Origin: Candidatus Spongiihabitans sp.
GTDB lineage: Bacteria > Pseudomonadota > Gammaproteobacteria > Arenicellales > Poriferihabitantaceae
NCBI GenBank assembly: GCA_965261335.1
Contig: OZ253450.1
Span: forward strand, 386,772 to 450,771
DNA: 64,000 bases
Direction: 5' to 3'
A program made the position numbers and the translations under genes. Of the stretch, positions 27,539-38,847 are shown piece after piece; positions within the stretch are counted from its first letter, which is position 1, and every line of letters begins with the position of its first letter. The notes under the pieces are model-generated. The model had not been told where the DNA came from and made no database searches. It saw only the letters and a program-made list of their open reading frames with translations.

Positions 27539-29488
27539 TCAGCTGGCGGAATCGGGCAAATCAAGGTCTGATTCGTCGAGTGTAGGCACGTCGGTATCAG
27601 ATTTATCCGCCGTGTCACGCTTGCCTCCTTTCGTTTTGGTGCCTTTCGAACTCGTTTCTGGAGTCGGTGTCGGCTGTTTACCTGCCATGATTTCATCAAC
27701 CTGTTCGGCATCTAGCGTTTCCCATTCAAGCAATGCTTTTGCCATGACTTCAATTTTGTCATGGTTTTGCTCAATGATGTCTCGTGCACGAGCATATTGT
27801 TGATCAATAATCCAGCTCACTTCTTTTTCGACTTTTTCCGCCGTATCAGGGCTAACATTGCGGTGGGTGGACATTTCTCGTCCAAGAAAAACCTCACTTT
27901 GGTTGTCACCATACACTCGCGGGCCTAATGAATCACTCATGCCCCAGCGCGACACCATATTTTGCGATAATTCCGTAGCCTGTTCAAAATCGTTAGATGC
28001 ACCGGTGGTCATTTGATTCATAAACACCTCTTCAGCAATCCTACCTCCCATCAACACGGCAATTCTTGCCAGTAAATAATCACGGTTATGGCTATAACGA
28101 TCCTCTTCTGGCAACTGCATGGTAACACCCAACGATCTGCCACGAGGAATGATGGTCACCTTATGTACTGGGTCGGTAAAGTCGGATAACACTTTGGCAA
28201 CCACCGTATGCCCAGACTCGTGATACGCAGTATTTTTCCGCTCATGCTCGGGCATCACGATAGAGCGTCTTTCGACCCCCATCAAGACCTTGTCTTTCGC
28301 CTTTTCAAACTGCTCCATACCAACTACTTTTTTGTTTTCTCGTGCTGCGAACAATGCTGCCTCGTTGATGAGGTTTGCAAGGTCTGCACCAGAAAAACCA
28401 GGCGTGCCACGGCCAATCACTGCTAAATCAACATCTTCACCAATCGGTACTTTTGCGATATGTACTGTGAGTATCGCCTCGCGCCCACGAATATCAGGCA
28501 GTGGTACGTCAACCTGACGGTCAAACCGCCCGGGGCGTAATAATGCAGGATCAAGCACATCTGGACGGTTGGTGGCAGCAATGACAATAACGCCTTCGCT
28601 CGCATCAAACCCATCCATTTCAACCAATAATTGGTTCAATGTTTGCTCCCGTTCATCGTGACCACCACCTAACCCAGTACCACGTTGTCGTCCGACCGCA
28701 TCGATTTCGTCAATAAAAATAATGCACGGTGCATTCTTTTTTGCCTGATCAAACATATCCCGCACCCGAGATGCACCGACCCCGACAAACATTTCAACAA
28801 AATCAGAGCCAGAAATAGTAAAAAACGGGACTTTGGCTTCCCCCGCTATGGCTTTTGCCAACAGCGTTTTACCGGTTCCCGGACTACCCGTCATTAACAC
28901 GCCTCTTGGAATTCGCCCTCCCAGCTTGCGAAAACGCGATGGGTCTTTTAGGAACTCAACTAATTCTTCAACTTCTTCCTGAGCCTCATCCACACCCGCC
29001 ACATCGGCAAAGGTAATCTGGTTTTTATCCTCGGTCAGCATTCGTGCCTTGCTCTTTCCAAAGCTCAGCGCACCACCACGACCCCCACTCTGCATTTGGC
29101 GCATAAAAAACATCCAAATACCGATTAACAATAGTATGGGGAATGAACTGATGAGCAGATGCACCAGCAGAGAAGTTTCCTCTTTCGGCTTTCTTTTTAT
29201 TTCAACCTGATTGCTGACCAGATCGTCTATCAATTTGGGATCATTGGGTGCGTAGGTCACAAATTCCCCGCCACTATGGGTAACACCACGAATGATGTCA
29301 TCATCGATTTCTACTGCCGATACACTGCCTTTTCGTACCTCGGCAAGGAATGTCGAATAATTGATTTCGTTATTCGCGCTCTTTTCAGAGCCGATGAAAT
29401 TATTGAATACAGACATGAGCACCATGGCAATGACGACCCAGAGGAAGATACTTTTAATCAAATTAGACAAGTCAAACACTCCATACAA
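27539..29488 (-). CDS. ftsH: ATP-dependent zinc metalloprotease FtsH
   Basis: 649 aa. Walker [14 protein letters not shown], the AAA second region of homology, and the zinc motif HESGH. Confidence 0.97.
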   Translation of the reverse strand: MYGVFDLSNLIKSIFLWVVIAMVLMSVFNNFIGSEKSANNEINYSTFLAEVRKGSVSAVEIDDDIIRGVTHSGGEFVTYAPNDPKLIDDLVSNQVEIKRKPKEETSLLVHLLISSFPILLLIGIWMFFMRQMQSGGRGGALSFGKSKARMLTEDKNQITFADVAGVDEAQEEVEELVEFLKDPSRFRKLGGRIPRGVLMTGSPGTGKTLLAKAIAGEAKVPFFTISGSDFVEMFVGVGASRVRDMFDQAKKNAPCIIFIDEIDAVGRQRGTGLGGGHDEREQTLNQLLVEMDGFDASEGVIVIAATNRPDVLDPALLRPGRFDRQVDVPLPDIRGREAILTVHIAKVPIGEDVDLAVIGRGTPGFSGADLANLINEAALFAARENKKVVGMEQFEKAKDKVLMGVERRSIVMPEHERKNTAYHESGHTVVAKVLSDFTDPVHKVTIIPRGRSLGVTMQLPEEDRYSHNRDYLLARIAVLMGGRIAEEVFMNQMTTGASNDFEQATELSQNMVSRWGMSDSLGPRVYGDNQSEVFLGREMSTHRNVSPDTAEKVEKEVSWIIDQQYARARDIIEQNHDKIEVMAKALLEWETLDAEQVDEIMAGKQPTPTPETSSKGTKTKGGKRDTADKSDTDVPTLDESDLDLPDSAS

Positions 29489-29561
29489 TGAAAACGATTA
29501 AAAATTGAGTAAACTATTTTAGCACTGATTATACGCCATCTATCGAAAAAGCACCCATTAA

Positions 29562-30239
29562 CTATTCGTATGCCCTACCCACTGTCCGAAAACCACGCGC
29601 CAGCAAATAAACTTCTTTTGATTCCGCTCGGGATGCCTCTGGCTTAATCATCTGTATCTGCTCAAAATATTTGGTCATTTTTTTTCGGACGCAACCGACA
29701 GATTCGCCTTCAAATAGTTTAGTCAATAAATGACCGCGCAAATTCAATGCTGTCAGGCAAAAAGTCAATATCGTGTCTTGTAGCTGTGCGGCATTCGCCT
29801 GATCGGTAATACCAATACCTGTGATATTGGGGGCCATATCAGATAAAACAAGATCAATTTTACCCGTCTTAAAATAACCACAAACCTGTCTGTGTATCTC
29901 TACATCGGTAAAATCACCCTGAACAAACCATACTTTGGCAATTTCTTTCATCGGCAATAAATCCACAGCAACAATCTGGTTACACTGGTCGCTACCAATC
30001 ACTTTGGAAGCCGCATATTGAGACCAGCTGCCGGGGGCAGCACCGAGATCAACTATTTTTGAATACGGCTTAATCAACCTATATTTTTGATCGATTTGCT
30101 GTAGCTTAAAAACCGAACGCGCCCGTAATCCCTGACTACGCGCCTGCTTGACAAACTGATCACGATTTTGTCTGGCAATCCAATTTTTGGATTTTTTGTG
30201 CTTTGGTGTTTTATGTTTTATAGGGCAATCTCCAAACAT
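29562..30239 (-). CDS. rlmE: 23S rRNA (uridine2552-2'-O)-methyltransferase
   Basis: 225 aa. SAM motif VDLGAAPGSWSQY, the SDMAPN motif, and position upstream of ftsH. Confidence 0.93.
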   Translation of the reverse strand: MFGDCPIKHKTPKHKKSKNWIARQNRDQFVKQARSQGLRARSVFKLQQIDQKYRLIKPYSKIVDLGAAPGSWSQYAASKVIGSDQCNQIVAVDLLPMKEIAKVWFVQGDFTDVEIHRQVCGYFKTGKIDLVLSDMAPNITGIGITDQANAAQLQDTILTFCLTALNLRGHLLTKLFEGESVGCVRKKMTKYFEQIQMIKPEASRAESKEVYLLARGFRTVGRAYE

Positions 30240-30503
30240 TATTCAGCAACAAATTGAATGCTAGAGCATAGCAGCGTCTGAGGTTAAAATGTCTTATCAG
30301 GCGTTCTGGGCGATGACCGACATAGATGCCCATCAATTGCGGAGATGCTTATTGATATGAATTTGCGTCTTATTAAAATGACACAATAATTTGTCTATTA
30401 AACATCGTTATATGCCTTTTAGAAAGTGCATCCATGCCTAATATACCCCCGTCTCTATCAACTGCTGTTATGGAGTAGGTGCTATGCCACACATGTGCCC
30501 ATG

Positions 30504-30824
30504 CTATTCACCAATGATAACCTGTTCAAAACCTTCCTCACCGTCATCTGTTTGAATAGATTTTAACGCAGTGGTTGCAACAGGAATAGCTAGGTCGATT
30601 ATCTATCTATTAACATCACAATTATCGCTTGCGGTAGTAATTGTGGCTTTACCAATCGGAATTAATCTCAGCTCGTCCGCACATTCTTGAGATATGCAAG
30701 CACTAGAAGCATCCGTATCAATTAACGCTCTTTTAGAATCAGCATCAATAATTAACTGCTGTGCTTTGCTATTTGAATACTATTCTACTTCGCACAATTT
30801 AACTACTTTTATACTAATTAAAAA
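30504..30824 (-). pseudogene. Retropepsin-like (clan AA) aspartic protease, decayed
   Basis: Minus-strand reading gives FLISIKVVKLCEVE*YSNSKAQQLIIDADSKRALIDTDASSACISQECADELRLIPIGKATITTASDNCDVNR*IIDLAIPVATTALKSIQTDDGEEGFEQVIIGE*. This fits the bacterial/archaeal retropepsin-like pattern (..V.V.N....v.alvDTGAs..vi....a.eLgl.p.g......a.G...). In-frame stops lie at 30780-30782 and 30603-30605. The catalytic DTG reads DTD, and there is no ATG start. Confidence 0.5.
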
Positions 30825-30848
30825 CTATTGCTCCTATTTAAATCTTGG

Positions 30849-31106
30849 TTAAATGATGACACAAGATTGGTATCCCAAGTCAATTTTGGCATCTATGACT
30901 TGTTGTACTGAAAAACAACCTTTTCCATAATCCTTTGTGCCAATGCTAATAGCATCATTGCTAATAGCATCATTTTCACTTTCAAAAAAACCAATGACCT
31001 GTTTTTTATGGGGCAATACAAATTCTTTGAAATGTGTTTGCTTTAATCCCGCAAGTTTTGTTTTAAAGTAAGCGAAATTATTATCTACCTCTGTATTTGT
31101 GTGCAT
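30849..31106 (-). CDS. Small hypothetical protein (85 aa from ATG 31106)
   Basis: The ORF track gives 30849..31139 from a TTG. The ATG at 31106 is preceded by GGGAGAAATATT (an SD-like GGGAGA). It contains a perfect 15-bp in-frame tandem duplication (NDAIS NDAIS). It lies immediately upstream of the decayed aspartic-protease gene. Confidence 0.45.
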   Translation of the reverse strand: MHTNTEVDNNFAYFKTKLAGLKQTHFKEFVLPHKKQVIGFFESENDAISNDAISIGTKDYGKGCFSVQQVIDAKIDLGYQSCVII

Positions 31107-31205
31107 AATATTTCTCCCACTAATTTCATTTTGCAACAAAACAGAAGTCTATGCTAAAACCTTATTATACTTGCCTAGATCGTAGCTTATGAAACTCGTT
31201 AGTCC

Positions 31206-31595
31206 TCATTCGCCTTCTTCCACATCCGTTTGGACAGGCGATCTATCCACTAATTGCACATACGCCATCGGTGCATTGTCGCCTGCACGGAAGCCACATT
31301 TTAGGATTCTTAAATAGCCGCCTGGGCGATCTTTGAAATGTGGTCCTAAATCATCGAATAATTTGACCACGACATCACGGTCGCGAAGCCGAGCAAAGGC
31401 ACGGCGACGGTTTGCAACATTGGCGATTTTCGACAGCGTAATCAGCGGTTCGGCGAATCTCCTGAGTTCTTTGGCTTTGGGCAGTGTTGTTTTAATCTGC
31501 TCATGCAAAAATAGTGAATTCACCATGTTGCTAAACATGGCTTTTCGATGAGATGAGGTACGATTCAGGCTACGCCCTGCTTTTTTATGTCGCAT
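31206..31595 (-). CDS. rplQ: 50S ribosomal protein L17
   Basis: 129 aa, [24 protein letters not shown]...; last gene of the alpha operon. Confidence 0.97.
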   Translation of the reverse strand: MRHKKAGRSLNRTSSHRKAMFSNMVNSLFLHEQIKTTLPKAKELRRFAEPLITLSKIANVANRRRAFARLRDRDVVVKLFDDLGPHFKDRPGGYLRILKCGFRAGDNAPMAYVQLVDRSPVQTDVEEGE

Positions 31596-31628
31596 CTTTA
31601 TAATTCCAGATATTATTCAATTCATTGA

Positions 31629-32654
31629 TCAGCTGATTCGTCGCGGCATTCCCAATAATGGATTTCTATCTTCTTTCGCCAACGAGGCAGGTGGCCAGTT
31701 TTCAACCGTTGATCCCAGCGTCAGGTCACGTTGTGCCAACACATCTTTAATTTCGGTAAGCGATTTTTTGCCCAAGTTGGGGGTCTTCAATAATTCAGTT
31801 TCGCTATGTTGAACCAAATCACCAATGTAATAAATATTTTCAGCTTTCAAACAGTTCGCCGAGCGCACCGTCAGATCAAGATCATCAACTGGTTTTAGCA
31901 ATGACGGAGCAATTTCAGGCTCCTCCACGATTTGGCTTTGTGCCATAGACTCTTCCAAATTGACAAAAACCGAAATCTGGTCATGCAATATCGTAGCCGC
32001 ACGTCGGACTGCGACCTCAGGGTCAATCGAACCGTTTGATTCAATATCTAACACCAATCTATCCAAATCGGTCAACTGCTCAACCCGAGCATCCTCGACC
32101 GAATAAGCAATTCGATTAATTGGGCTAAATGACGCATCCAGATGGATAACCCCAACTGAGCGGGATTCTTCGGCGTTGTTTAAGCGACTTTCAACCGTTT
32201 CATAACCTCGTCCTCTACGAATGGTCAGCTCCATATCAAGCGTAGCATCTTTGGACAATGTCGCAATGTGATGGGTTGGATCAACTAATTCAACGTCATC
32301 GGTCAATTCAATATCATCGGCAACAACCACTCCAGCCTCTTTTTTGTTCAGGGTCACCACTGCCTCACTTCGATTGTGCATGATAACCGGAAGAGACTTC
32401 AGATTCATTAGAATATCGATAACATCTTCCTGCACACCAGCAAGCGTGGAATATTCATGCAGTACACCTTCAATACGAACTTCAGTAACTGCGCATCCCG
32501 GCATAGAGGACAACATTATACGGCGAAGTGCGTTGCCAAGAGTATGTCCAAATCCTCGCTCCAGCGGTTCAATGGTAATTTTAGAATGATGTTTGCCGAT
32601 AGTTTTAGCTTCCACCAAACGTGGTCTAAGAAATTCGACAGTTAGGTCTTGCAT
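31629..32654 (-). CDS. rpoA: DNA-directed RNA polymerase alpha subunit
   Basis: 341 aa, ...[24 protein letters not shown]..., with the C-terminal domain [24 protein letters not shown]. Confidence 0.98.
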   Translation of the reverse strand: MQDLTVEFLRPRLVEAKTIGKHHSKITIEPLERGFGHTLGNALRRIMLSSMPGCAVTEVRIEGVLHEYSTLAGVQEDVIDILMNLKSLPVIMHNRSEAVVTLNKKEAGVVVADDIELTDDVELVDPTHHIATLSKDATLDMELTIRRGRGYETVESRLNNAEESRSVGVIHLDASFSPINRIAYSVEDARVEQLTDLDRLVLDIESNGSIDPEVAVRRAATILHDQISVFVNLEESMAQSQIVEEPEIAPSLLKPVDDLDLTVRSANCLKAENIYYIGDLVQHSETELLKTPNLGKKSLTEIKDVLAQRDLTLGSTVENWPPASLAKEDRNPLLGMPRRIS

Positions 32655-32725
32655 CTGTTTTCCTCGTAATTTTGGGATGAAGTTAAAAAATAAAAATCAG
32701 CCAGTTACCGATTAAAATACCCGCG

Positions 32726-33347
32726 CTATTTAGAATAAAGCGCAACGACCAAAGCTTCATTGATGTCTGGTGATAAATCGGACCGATCTGGCAGTGATTT
32801 ATACCCCTTTAACGGCTTGAACATTGACTTCAACCCATGGGACGAATCCGATTTGCTCTGCAATTTCCAATGCGGATATGATCCGCAAATGTTTTTTACA
32901 TTTTTCTACCACTTCAATCTCGTCCCCAGGTCGTACCTGATAGGACGGAATATTGACTTTTTTGCCATTGACCATAATGCTCTTATGGCTTACCAATTGG
33001 CGTGCCTCTGCTCGTGTAACACCGAAACCCAGCCGATAAACCACATTGTCCAGCCGACTTTCTAATAATTGTAATAAGTTTAATCCGGTCGAACCTGAAA
33101 TACGCGCCGCTTCTTTGTAGTAGTTGCGAAACTGTTTTTCAAGCACACCGTACATTCGGCGCAATTTTTGCTTTTCTCGTAACTGCGTTCCATAAACTGT
33201 CCTACGAATACGACGGCCTGCCGCCTTTACACCCGGAGGACTATCAAACTTGCACTTCGAGTTAATCGTTCGAGCCGGGCTTTTCAAAAACAAGTCCGTG
33301 CCTTCACGCCGGGCCAGTTTACAAGTTGGTCCTAAATATCTTGCCAT
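32726..33347 (-). CDS. rpsD: 30S ribosomal protein S4, reading frame interrupted near the 3' end (apparent frameshift at 32799-32807)
   Basis: ORF 32799..33347 (182 aa, [23 protein letters not shown]...) stops after ...VNVQAVKGV. The conserved S4 C-terminus [25 protein letters not shown] is encoded in the adjacent frame at 32726-32803. Confidence 0.9.
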
Positions 33348-33390
33348 CGTATTACCTGTCGTTATCTGAATTTTTTATGCCATTAATCGG

Positions 33391-33786
33391 CTATACACGT
33401 CGCCGTTTAGGCGGACGACAACCATTGTGTGGTATCGGTGTAATGTCAGAAATTGAGTGAATTTCAAACCCAAGTCCATTCAACGCCCGAACCGCTGATT
33501 CTCTGCCAGGGCCAGGTCCTTTGATTTTCACCTCAAGCTGCTGTACGCCCATTTCTTGGGCACGGACACCGCAAGATTCTGCTGCTGTCTGGGCTGCGAA
33601 CGGGGTGCTTTTGCGCGATCCCTTAAATCCAGAATTGCCTGCCGATGCCCAACACAACGTATCGCCGTGACGATCCGAAATAGTAATAATGGTGTTGTTG
33701 AATGTAGCATGGATATGTGCTACACCTTCGATTACATTCTTTCTGACTTTTGTTTTGCCCTTGCTTGTTTTGCTTGGTTTTGCCAT
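33391..33786 (-). CDS. rpsK: 30S ribosomal protein S11
   Basis: 131 aa, ...[30 protein letters not shown]...; alpha operon synteny. Confidence 0.97.
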   Translation of the reverse strand: MAKPSKTSKGKTKVRKNVIEGVAHIHATFNNTIITISDRHGDTLCWASAGNSGFKGSRKSTPFAAQTAAESCGVRAQEMGVQQLEVKIKGPGPGRESAVRALNGLGFEIHSISDITPIPHNGCRPPKRRRV

Positions 33787-33838
33787 AGATATTAATTCGT
33801 TACACTAGTTATGCTGGTTAGTTCGCTCTCGTGGGATC

Positions 33839-34195
33839 TTATCTTTTGATAGGACGAGTCGGACCCTTACGAGTACGCGCATTTGTTTTCGTACGCTGAC
33901 CATTCACGGGCAACCCTCTTCGATGTCGCAACCCCCGATAACAACCTAAATCCATCAGACGCTTAATATTCATCGAAACCGATCTTCTCAAATCCCCTTC
34001 CACCTCGTATTTAGCCACTTCGATACGCAATTTTTCTGCATGAGCTTCATTAATATCCTGAACTTTGGTCGAGCGTTCTACGCCAGCGATGTCACAAATT
34101 TGTTGTGCTGTGTGACGACCGATACCATAGATGGCAGTTAGTCCCAGTTCAATATGCTTATGGTTTGGAATATTGATTCCAGCAATACGTGCCAT
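33839..34195 (-). CDS. rpsM: 30S ribosomal protein S13
   Basis: 118 aa, [26 protein letters not shown]... Confidence 0.97.
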   Translation of the reverse strand: MARIAGINIPNHKHIELGLTAIYGIGRHTAQQICDIAGVERSTKVQDINEAHAEKLRIEVAKYEVEGDLRRSVSMNIKRLMDLGCYRGLRHRRGLPVNGQRTKTNARTRKGPTRPIKR

Positions 34196-34322
34196 ATTTT
34201 AATCTCTAATTAAATTGTGTCCGAGTAAAAGTGGTATGCAACCAGATTGAAGCGGGTGCGGATTCTATCAAAACAAATCATCATCATCAATCCCTCACAT
34301 ATCCAATAATCATGCAATATCC

Positions 34323-34436
34323 TCAACCTTGACGCTGTTTGTGGCGCGGGTCAGTGCAAATAACACGAACCACTCGATTCCGCCGAATAATTTTGCAGTT
34401 TCTGCAAAATTTTTTAACTGATGCCCTTACTTTCAT
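34323..34436 (-). CDS. rpmJ: 50S ribosomal protein L36
   Basis: Too short for the ORF track. Hand translation gives [37 protein letters not shown] (37 aa), between secY and rpsM as expected. Confidence 0.93.
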   Translation of the reverse strand: MKVRASVKKFCRNCKIIRRNRVVRVICTDPRHKQRQG

Positions 34437-34466
34437 TTTTCAAATCTCTATTAAATTAATCCAATA

Positions 34467-35804
34467 TTAACGAATGCCAGGATGTTTGGAGAATGGTGAC
34501 TTTTTCATAATGCTTTCATATTGGTGAGACATCATGTGGGATTGAACCTGCGAAATCAAATCCATAGTGACAACCACTATAATCAATAATGAAGTCCCCC
34601 CAAAATAAAATGGCACACTCCATTTAACAATCAAAAACTCTGGGATTAAACAGACAAATGTGATGTAAACCGCACCCACCATCGTTAATTTAGATACCAC
34701 GTTATCGATGTATTTCGCACTCTGTACACCAGGTCGGATACCCGGAATGAAGGCACCTGATTTCTTCAAATTATCCGCAATTTCAGTCGGGTTAAACACT
34801 AAGGCAGTATAGAAAAAACAGAAAAAAACAATCATACCACCATAAAACAGAGTATATACCGGCTCACCCGGTTGCAGTTTGGTCGCAATATCGGACAACC
34901 AGCCCATCCCTTCTGCTTGTCCAAACCAGTTTCCAATACTGGCTGGAAACAAAATCAGGCTGGATGCAAAAATAGGCGGTATAACCCCTGCCATATTCAG
35001 CTTAAACGGCAAATGACTGCTTTGACCTGCCATCATTTTCCGCCCTTGTTGACGCTTCGCATAATTGACGGTAATTCTGCGCTGTCCTCGCTCGACGAAG
35101 ACCACAAAAAAGGTGACTGCAATAGCACCGATAAACAACAGCAAAACAATCCCGCCAGACAATGCTCCAGTGCGGGCAAGCTCTAAAGTTCCAGCGACCG
35201 CAGAGGGTAAACCCGAAACGATTGAAGCAAAAATAAGCAACGAAATTCCATTACCGATACCGCGTTCGGTCACTTGCTCTCCCAGCCACACCAAAAACAT
35301 CGTGCCAGCACATAGTGTCGCCGCGGTAATAATTTTAAATCCCACACCCGGAATCAGTATAACCGGACTACCTGCCACTTGCTGACTCTCGATTGCCACA
35401 GAAATACCCAGCCCCTGAAACAACGCCAGCACTAGCGTAAAATATCGGGTGTATTGCGTGATTTTTCTGCGCCCTGCTTCGCCCTCCTTTTTCAACTGCT
35501 CCAGTTGCGGAACAACCACCGTCATCATTTGCATAATGATTGAAGCGGATATGTAGGGCATCACGCCTAATGCAAAAATAGATAACCTACTTAACGCACC
35601 GCCAGAGAACATGTTGAATATATCAACAATAGACCCCCTAGTTTGCTCAAACAGTATGGCAATGGCAACCGGGTCAACACCCGGCACCGGAACATGTGTA
35701 CCCAGACGAAATACCAGCAAGGCACCCGATAAAAACAAAATGCGTTGCTTAAGCTCGGACAAGTTTCCGAACATTCCAGAACCAGAAAATCCAGCATTAG
35801 CCAT
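34467..35804 (-). CDS. secY: Preprotein translocase subunit SecY
   Basis: 445 aa, multi-pass membrane protein, ...[19 protein letters not shown]...; spc operon position. Confidence 0.97.
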   Translation of the reverse strand: MANAGFSGSGMFGNLSELKQRILFLSGALLVFRLGTHVPVPGVDPVAIAILFEQTRGSIVDIFNMFSGGALSRLSIFALGVMPYISASIIMQMMTVVVPQLEQLKKEGEAGRRKITQYTRYFTLVLALFQGLGISVAIESQQVAGSPVILIPGVGFKIITAATLCAGTMFLVWLGEQVTERGIGNGISLLIFASIVSGLPSAVAGTLELARTGALSGGIVLLLFIGAIAVTFFVVFVERGQRRITVNYAKRQQGRKMMAGQSSHLPFKLNMAGVIPPIFASSLILFPASIGNWFGQAEGMGWLSDIATKLQPGEPVYTLFYGGMIVFFCFFYTALVFNPTEIADNLKKSGAFIPGIRPGVQSAKYIDNVVSKLTMVGAVYITFVCLIPEFLIVKWSVPFYFGGTSLLIIVVVTMDLISQVQSHMMSHQYESIMKKSPFSKHPGIR

Positions 35805-35848
35805 TATATTGCACCCATTGTGTGGTCACGTTATTTTATTCTGATCGA

Positions 35849-36304
35849 TTAATTAGCAGTATCATCGATGACATTACCGCCCGCTTTTTCGATGGCTTCT
35901 CGCGCTCCTTTGGTCGCACCGATACCTTGCAGGGTGACCGCACGGTTAATCTCACCGGAAAGTATCGCCTTAGCTCGATTGATATGCAGTCCGATAACAC
36001 CAGCTTTCTGCAGGGCTACAATATCCACCACATCGCCATCCACCTTACCTAATTCGTTTAAGCGGATTTCCGCCATGTGATTATTCACTTTGGAACGAAA
36101 GCCTCGTTTCGGCAATCGCCTTTGCAACGGCATTTGTCCGCCTTCAAATCCAACCTTATGGTAACCGCCAGAACGGGATTTTTGACCCTTATTTCCCCTA
36201 CCTGCAGTCTTTCCATTGCCTGAACCAGGTCCACGCCCCACTCGCTTGGCAGCAGTTTTGGAACCCAGTGCGGGCTTGATATTATTTAACCTAAGTGATG
36301 TCAT
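35849..36304 (-). CDS. rplO: 50S ribosomal protein L15
   Basis: 151 aa, [37 protein letters not shown]... Confidence 0.96.
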   Translation of the reverse strand: MTSLRLNNIKPALGSKTAAKRVGRGPGSGNGKTAGRGNKGQKSRSGGYHKVGFEGGQMPLQRRLPKRGFRSKVNNHMAEIRLNELGKVDGDVVDIVALQKAGVIGLHINRAKAILSGEINRAVTLQGIGATKGAREAIEKAGGNVIDDTAN

Positions 36305-36332
36305 AACCTAAAATGAATCTAAAAATATAATG

Positions 36333-36524
36333 CTAATTAATGCCTTCGCACTTGACCATATAACGAACCTTATTGATCATGCCGCGATTTTCTGGTGTAT
36401 CAATCACTTCAACAGTTTGGTGCATTCGACGTAGTCCCAAACCACGAACACAGGACTGATGATTCTGAAGACGACCATGTATGCTGCGCGTCAGGGTTAC
36501 TTTCAAAGTTTTCTTTTCCGCCAT
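36333..36524 (-). CDS. rpmD: 50S ribosomal protein L30
   Basis: 63 aa, [33 protein letters not shown]... Confidence 0.95.
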   Translation of the reverse strand: MAEKKTLKVTLTRSIHGRLQNHQSCVRGLGLRRMHQTVEVIDTPENRGMINKVRYMVKCEGIN

Positions 36525-36566
36525 TGCTTTTCTCTTCGCTCTTGATTATTACCGCTTGACAATACG

Positions 36567-37076
36567 TTATCGTAGATTTTTTACTTCTTTACCACGTTTT
36601 TTCGCAATATAACTTGCACTACGCATCCCCTTAAGGGCAGAAATAGTCGCCCGAGTCACATTAACGGCATTCGTGGTACCGATGACTTTGGTCAAAACAT
36701 TTTGTATGCCCATCGCTTCAAATACTGCACGCATCGTCCCTCCAGCAACAATTCCAGTCCCTTCGGTGGCAGGTCTCAATACGACTCGCGCCGCACCATG
36801 TCGCCCAATCATAGGATATTGCAAGGTGTCACCTTTCATCTGAACCTTAAACATATTACGCCGCGCATCATCCATCGCCTTTTGTACAGCGATGGGTACT
36901 TCACGCGCCTTGCCCCTGCCCATTCCAACACGACCTTCCCCATCACCGACCACAGCCAGCGCGGAAAAACCAAATATTCGACCACCTTTAACAACCTTTG
37001 AAACACGCCTAATATTTATCAGGTTTTCCCGATAATTATCTTTGCGGGCGTTATCACGTTCTCTTATTTTAGCCAT
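36567..37076 (-). CDS. rpsE: 30S ribosomal protein S5
   Basis: 169 aa, ...[33 protein letters not shown]... Confidence 0.97.
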   Translation of the reverse strand: MAKIRERDNARKDNYRENLINIRRVSKVVKGGRIFGFSALAVVGDGEGRVGMGRGKAREVPIAVQKAMDDARRNMFKVQMKGDTLQYPMIGRHGAARVVLRPATEGTGIVAGGTMRAVFEAMGIQNVLTKVIGTTNAVNVTRATISALKGMRSASYIAKKRGKEVKNLR

Positions 37077-37096
37077 CTAAACAATATTCTATTTAT

Positions 37097-37468
37097 TTAA
37101 AATTTGAGTCCATGTTCACGAGCAGCTTCGGCAAACGCCTGTATCCGCCCGTGATACAAATATCCAGACCTGTCAAATGCGACTTTCTCAATTCCTACAG
37201 CGGTTGCATTTTTCGCTAACATTTCACCCACTGCCATTGCGGCATCTCGATTGCCACTATTGGTCAATGTTTTACGCAACAAGGGATCCAATGTAGAAGC
37301 CGATGCCAAAACTTTATCTCCGAATTGATCGAAAACTTGTGCATAAAAATGACGGGATGTACGATGAACCGATAGGCGTATCGCTTCCAGTCGGGTAATT
37401 TTACCCCTGATTTTTCTTGCTCGTCTCAGTCTCGCACTATTTTTATTTACCATGTTCAATATTCCCAT
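37097..37468 (-). CDS. rplR: 50S ribosomal protein L18
   Basis: 123 aa as listed. The internal ATG at 37453 ([19 protein letters not shown]...) gives the canonical ~118 aa. Confidence 0.95.
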   Translation of the reverse strand: MGILNMVNKNSARLRRARKIRGKITRLEAIRLSVHRTSRHFYAQVFDQFGDKVLASASTLDPLLRKTLTNSGNRDAAMAVGEMLAKNATAVGIEKVAFDRSGYLYHGRIQAFAEAAREHGLKF

Positions 37469-37504
37469 TGATTTTTCAGATTAGCTACCGTTGTCGCTTA
37501 AAAA

Positions 37505-38050
37505 TTATTTCTTCTTCGCCTGTTTCCTTACAACATGCTCGTCGGCATAACGCACCCCTTTGCCCTTATACGGCTCAGGCGGACGATAACTTCGTATTTC
37601 TGCGGCGACCTGCCCAACCTTTTGCTTATCAATACCACGCAATATGATTTCAGTTTGAGTGGGCGTTTCTGCCGTTACTCCGTCAGGAAGCTGATATACA
37701 ACCGGATGAGAAAATCCTAAACTCAAATTGATTTTATTACCTTGAGCCTGTGCCCGATAACCCACGCCTGTTATGGATAGCTTCCGTTCAAACCCGACCG
37801 ATACACCATTCATTAAATTGTTAATCATTGACCGAGTTGTACCCGACATCGACAACGTATGTTTGCTCGTTTTTTCTTTATCATCGACAAGCCGTACCTG
37901 TAACCCCGCCTCATGCTGTTGCAATTCTATTCCGCGACACAGTTCAAAACGCAATTCACCTTTGGGTCCTTTTGCTGTTACCACGCTACCATCGATGTTG
38001 ACTTCAACACCGGACGGCACCGTTATCATTTTTTTTGCAATTCGTGACAT
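37505..38050 (-). CDS. rplF: 50S ribosomal protein L6
   Basis: The start is moved to ATG 38050 (MSRIAKKMITVPSGVEVNI...). The track start at 38101 would overlap rpsH and add a non-conserved extension. Confidence 0.95.
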   Translation of the reverse strand: MSRIAKKMITVPSGVEVNIDGSVVTAKGPKGELRFELCRGIELQQHEAGLQVRLVDDKEKTSKHTLSMSGTTRSMINNLMNGVSVGFERKLSITGVGYRAQAQGNKINLSLGFSHPVVYQLPDGVTAETPTQTEIILRGIDKQKVGQVAAEIRSYRPPEPYKGKGVRYADEHVVRKQAKKK

Positions 38051-38085
38051 TTTTGTTGCTCTTGGCTTATCGGTCGGTTCGGTTA

Positions 38086-38481
38086 TCAGAATACAGTACA
38101 AACTATTTCGCCACCCATACCTTGTTGGCGTGCAGTACGGTCTGTCAATATCCCTTTAGAAGTCGATACTAAGGCAACGCCCAAACCACTTTTGATTGTT
38201 GGCAGATTATCTTTGCTCGCATACACACGACAACTCGGCATGCTGATACGCTTGATTTCATCGATGACCGGATTACCTTGAAAATACTTTAACCGAATCT
38301 CAAGGCTCTTTTTCACGCCTTCACCAGCAACCGAATAATCGGTGATATAACCTTCTTCTTTCAACACTGCCGCAATGGCTATCTTGCTTTTTGATGACGG
38401 CATTGCCACTGCCTGCTTATGCGACTGCAAACCGTTTCGTATTCGCGTCAACATATCAGCGATAGGGTCGGACATACTCAT
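38086..38481 (-). CDS. rpsH: 30S ribosomal protein S8
   Basis: 131 aa, [25 protein letters not shown]... Confidence 0.97.
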   Translation of the reverse strand: MSMSDPIADMLTRIRNGLQSHKQAVAMPSSKSKIAIAAVLKEEGYITDYSVAGEGVKKSLEIRLKYFQGNPVIDEIKRISMPSCRVYASKDNLPTIKSGLGVALVSTSKGILTDRTARQQGMGGEIVCTVF

Positions 38482-38538
38482 TTGAATTTCTCGTGCTTTA
38501 TTTTCTGCTAAAAATGTATTGGACTACTGGCGACCAAC

Positions 38539-38844
38539 TTACCAACTGGATTTGACCACGCCAGGGGCCTCGCCACGCATAATGACTTCCCTCAGCTTAT
38601 TTCGACAGAGTCCAAACTTTCTGTAATTTCCTCTCGGACGACCGGTCAGCGTACATCGATTGCGTTTTCGTATTCGGCTGGAATCGCGTGGCAGTTTCTG
38701 TAAATCCAGCATCGCCTGAAATTGCTCTGTCGCGCTGGTTTCAGGGTTTGAAATTTTATCGGTCAACTGCGCCCTTTTGTCCGCATACATGGTAATTAAC
38801 CTCTGACGCTTAACTTCGCGGGCAATCATTGATTTTTTAGCCAT
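38539..38844 (-). CDS. rpsN: 30S ribosomal protein S14
   Basis: 101 aa, [16 protein letters not shown]..., C-terminal ...[11 protein letters not shown]. Confidence 0.96.
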   Translation of the reverse strand: MAKKSMIAREVKRQRLITMYADKRAQLTDKISNPETSATEQFQAMLDLQKLPRDSSRIRKRNRCTLTGRPRGNYRKFGLCRNKLREVIMRGEAPGVVKSSW

Positions 38845-38847
38845 AAT

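Noticed and set aside
30240-30503. Additional gene, IS end or RNA in the AT-rich stretch upstream of rlmE
   Set aside because: I could see no ORF with a recognisable motif, no terminal inverted repeats and no tRNA-like structure. It probably holds the rlmE promoter region plus the eroded tail of the cassette.
32799-32807. Programmed ribosomal frameshift in rpsD
   Set aside because: No programmed frameshift is known for S4. There is no slippery heptamer plus downstream structure of the usual kind. A homopolymer or dinucleotide indel error is the simpler explanation.
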